Shown in pieces: positions 63,475 through 64,000 of a stretch of DNA of 64,000 nucleotides (positions within the stretch are counted from its first letter, which is position 1; the number at the start of each line of letters is the position of its first letter). Below the pieces are notes generated by a model. The model ran no database searches and was not told the DNA's origin. It saw only the letters and a list, made by a program, of their open reading frames with translations. The translations under genes were made by a program, and so were the position numbers. Source of the stretch: Guillardia theta CCMP2712 (lineage: Eukaryota > Protista > Cryptophyta); contig NW_005434664.1 in NCBI RefSeq assembly GCF_000315625.1, forward strand, positions 969,424 to 1,033,423, in the 5' to 3' direction.

Positions 63475-63780
63475 TCAGGACCTGCATTTGTAGAGAGTGG
63501 AGCCTCGAATGCACTCACCCAATTTGATGTCATTTGAGAAGAAAATTGATAGTCTGATGTAAGCTTCAGCTGGCTTGTACAACGCCTTGACCGATTTCTC
63601 GATTGATTTCCCCATCGCCGGTACTTCATCATTTATCACTTTGGTCCACAAGTATTTGACGCAGAACAGGAGTCCAAACTTTGCCTGTTTGTGAAATGCT
63701 TCATCTGCTTCCTCATCCTGCTTTTTCTCCTCCCTCCTCCCTCCTCCCTCCTCCCTCCTCCCTCCTTCCTCCTCTTCCAC
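63475..63780 (-). CDS. Possible hypothetical protein exon(s)
   Basis: Open frame EAFHKQAKFGLLFCVKYLWTKVINDEVPAMGKSIEK...; gene structure unresolved. Confidence 0.3.
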   Translation of the reverse strand: MEEEEGGRREEGGGRREEKKQDEEADEAFHKQAKFGLLFCVKYLWTKVINDEVPAMGKSIEKSVKALYKPAEAYIRLSIFFSNDIKLGECIRGSTLYKCRS

Positions 63781-64000
63781 TTCTTCTGCTCATCTCGACT
63801 CTCTCGGAGGTGCCATCAGAGGTATAAATAAAGGGCACTAATTTGCCAGGATACATAGTACCACGGGTACACCTGGATTACCATTATTATTAATCATAAT
63901 TAGTATTATGTACCGGTATTAGAAAATGGTAGGGGATAGGGGGGAGCGAAAATGGGTTCTAATTAATGACCGATGGGAGAAAACATAAAAGAAAACACTG

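Overview
Eukaryotic nuclear DNA from a draft assembly with six N gaps. It is gene-dense, with many ~45-60 nt GT-AG introns plus introns swollen by purine/pyrimidine microsatellites. Bipartite plastid presequences (AxA|F type), an RWP-RK gene, an axonemal dynein light chain and the intron style point to a flagellated alga with a complex red plastid, most likely a cryptophyte such as Guillardia theta (inference). Genes recognised by manual splicing: two ankyrin-repeat proteins, an RWP-RK factor and a truncated partial copy of it, DNAL1/LC1, UFL1, a GT23/FUT8-like fucosyltransferase, a NUDT7/8-type Nudix hydrolase, an SRS2-like UvrD helicase, a PsbQ-like plastid protein, a PuuE/CE4-like protein, an alpha-kinase, a bestrophin-like protein and several orphans. 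The best candidate for a new system is a minus-strand gene at 52.1-54.9 kb. It fuses a bacterial-type CHAT (caspase/HetF clan) domain, whose catalytic Cys codon reads CGT (Arg), to 13 near-identical, mosaic 129-bp armadillo repeats, an architecture resembling an immune receptor. Non-coding signals: recurrent GC-rich islands with GAGTC and CCGTAC motifs upstream of genes, a perfect 34-bp inverted-repeat element with a degenerate second copy, G-run blocks and a dense GTAC cluster. Exon boundaries and starts were read by eye and are approximate; family calls come from remembered motifs, not database searches.
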